A stretch of 64,000 nucleotides of DNA, taken from contig CM059432.1 in NCBI GenBank assembly GCA_030390025.1, forward strand, positions 84,198,001 through 84,262,000, read 5' to 3'. Of the stretch, positions 63,201 through 64,000 are shown one piece after another; positions within the stretch are counted from its first letter, which is position 1; the number at the start of each line of letters is the position of its first letter. Position numbers and translations under genes: made by a program. The notes beneath the pieces were generated by a model, which was not told the origin of the DNA, did not search any database, and was given only the letters and a program-made list of their open reading frames with translations. Source of the stretch: Squalus acanthias (taxonomy: Eukaryota).

Positions 63201-64000
63201 CAGCCTTCTTCTGTAGCCTGGTCCATCGAAGTCCTCATCTGAATCCTCTGCAGCAGAAGTGTGTGACCTCGCCCTCCGGTGAGCTTGCGTCTGCAATAAC
63301 CTTTCACCCAGCCCTGGCTCCATCGCACTTGTGCTCGGTGTCTCACCACGTGCAGATCTCGCCTCTATCCTATCCTCTAAATTACATGCAGTGTCAGTAT
63401 CTGAGCTGGTGGCTGTGAGTGTGAAATCAAGTGACAGTGTCCCTTCATCTTCATTTTCTTCTTGCTCTTCTTCCAATGCCTGGTAGGTTGCAGTTCTTGA
63501 ATATCTGAAATGAAAAACAGACAAGGGTTGGGTGGTGAGGGGAGAGGAGAAAGTAAGAAGTGCATCCTTACACCATCTGCAGTTTGTAAGACAGAAAAGA
63601 TTGAGGGATGAGGGAGAAGTGGGATGAGAGAAGGAGGATTAGGTATGTAGAAACCCTCATCTTCAATTCCTTCAGCCCCGCCGGTGGCTACGGCCTCAGC
63701 AATGGCCCTTCCTACAATGGCCAGCACTGTCTTCTCCATGGGGGTTAAAACATGCAGACGCGCCGCTCCCCCTCCCATTAATTCCAGCTGCCTCCTGTTG
63801 TGTACTACCTTCTCCTGCAAAAAAGAGGGAAGTATGTCAGTGACTGTTGTTCAGTATGTTTGTGTGTTGTGTCTGTCATGGTTGAATAGTGGTAGTGTGT
63901 GCAAGCTGTGAGATGTGGGTGTGAGGCTTGTAACAGTGCGTGAGGATGAGGTAAAGCATATGAATGTTAGGTATGAGTCCTGACTGATAGAGATTGTTGG

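Larger units (their letters stand above)
61729..64000 (+). mobile_element. Harbinger-6, internally deleted, running off the window
   Basis: Left arm like 25561 and 37190; transposase start 62226-62410 fused to a minus-strand Myb exon 3; exon 2 EKVVHNRRQLELMGGG with acceptor at 63814. Confidence 0.85.

Noticed and set aside
1740..63911. Many short ORFs in the six-frame track
   Set aside because: They are antisense or off-frame shadows of LINE and Harbinger sequence, or low-complexity artefacts.

Overview
This window is eukaryotic, non-genic, transposon-saturated DNA. The repeat families resemble those of cartilaginous fishes (shark-like; inference from SINE/LINE style). No intact host gene is recognisable. 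Roughly three quarters is a nested mosaic of: CR1 LINEs (ORF1 zinc-finger/SGNH esterase; ORF2 APE+RT); a second CR1/L2-group LINE family; L2 LINEs; six decayed PIF/Harbinger transposons (HARBI1-like DDE transposase plus a convergent 3-exon Myb/SANT gene) and many Harbinger MITEs with 3-bp TSDs; two Mag-like Gypsy retrotransposons; two solo LTRs; a pogo/Tigger MITE; a 50-bp hAT MITE; and Penelope-derived pieces, one carrying a minimal hammerhead ribozyme. The main structural result is an apparent ~30-33 kb inversion between two inverted young CR1 copies (about 16.3-17.8 kb and 48.2-49.7 kb). Three split elements (a Gypsy LTR pair, its host Harbinger derivative and an older CR1) are reunited, two with matching TSDs, only when the middle of the window is flipped. 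It may be a real inversion or a mis-assembly. Coordinates were read by eye and internal boundaries are approximate.
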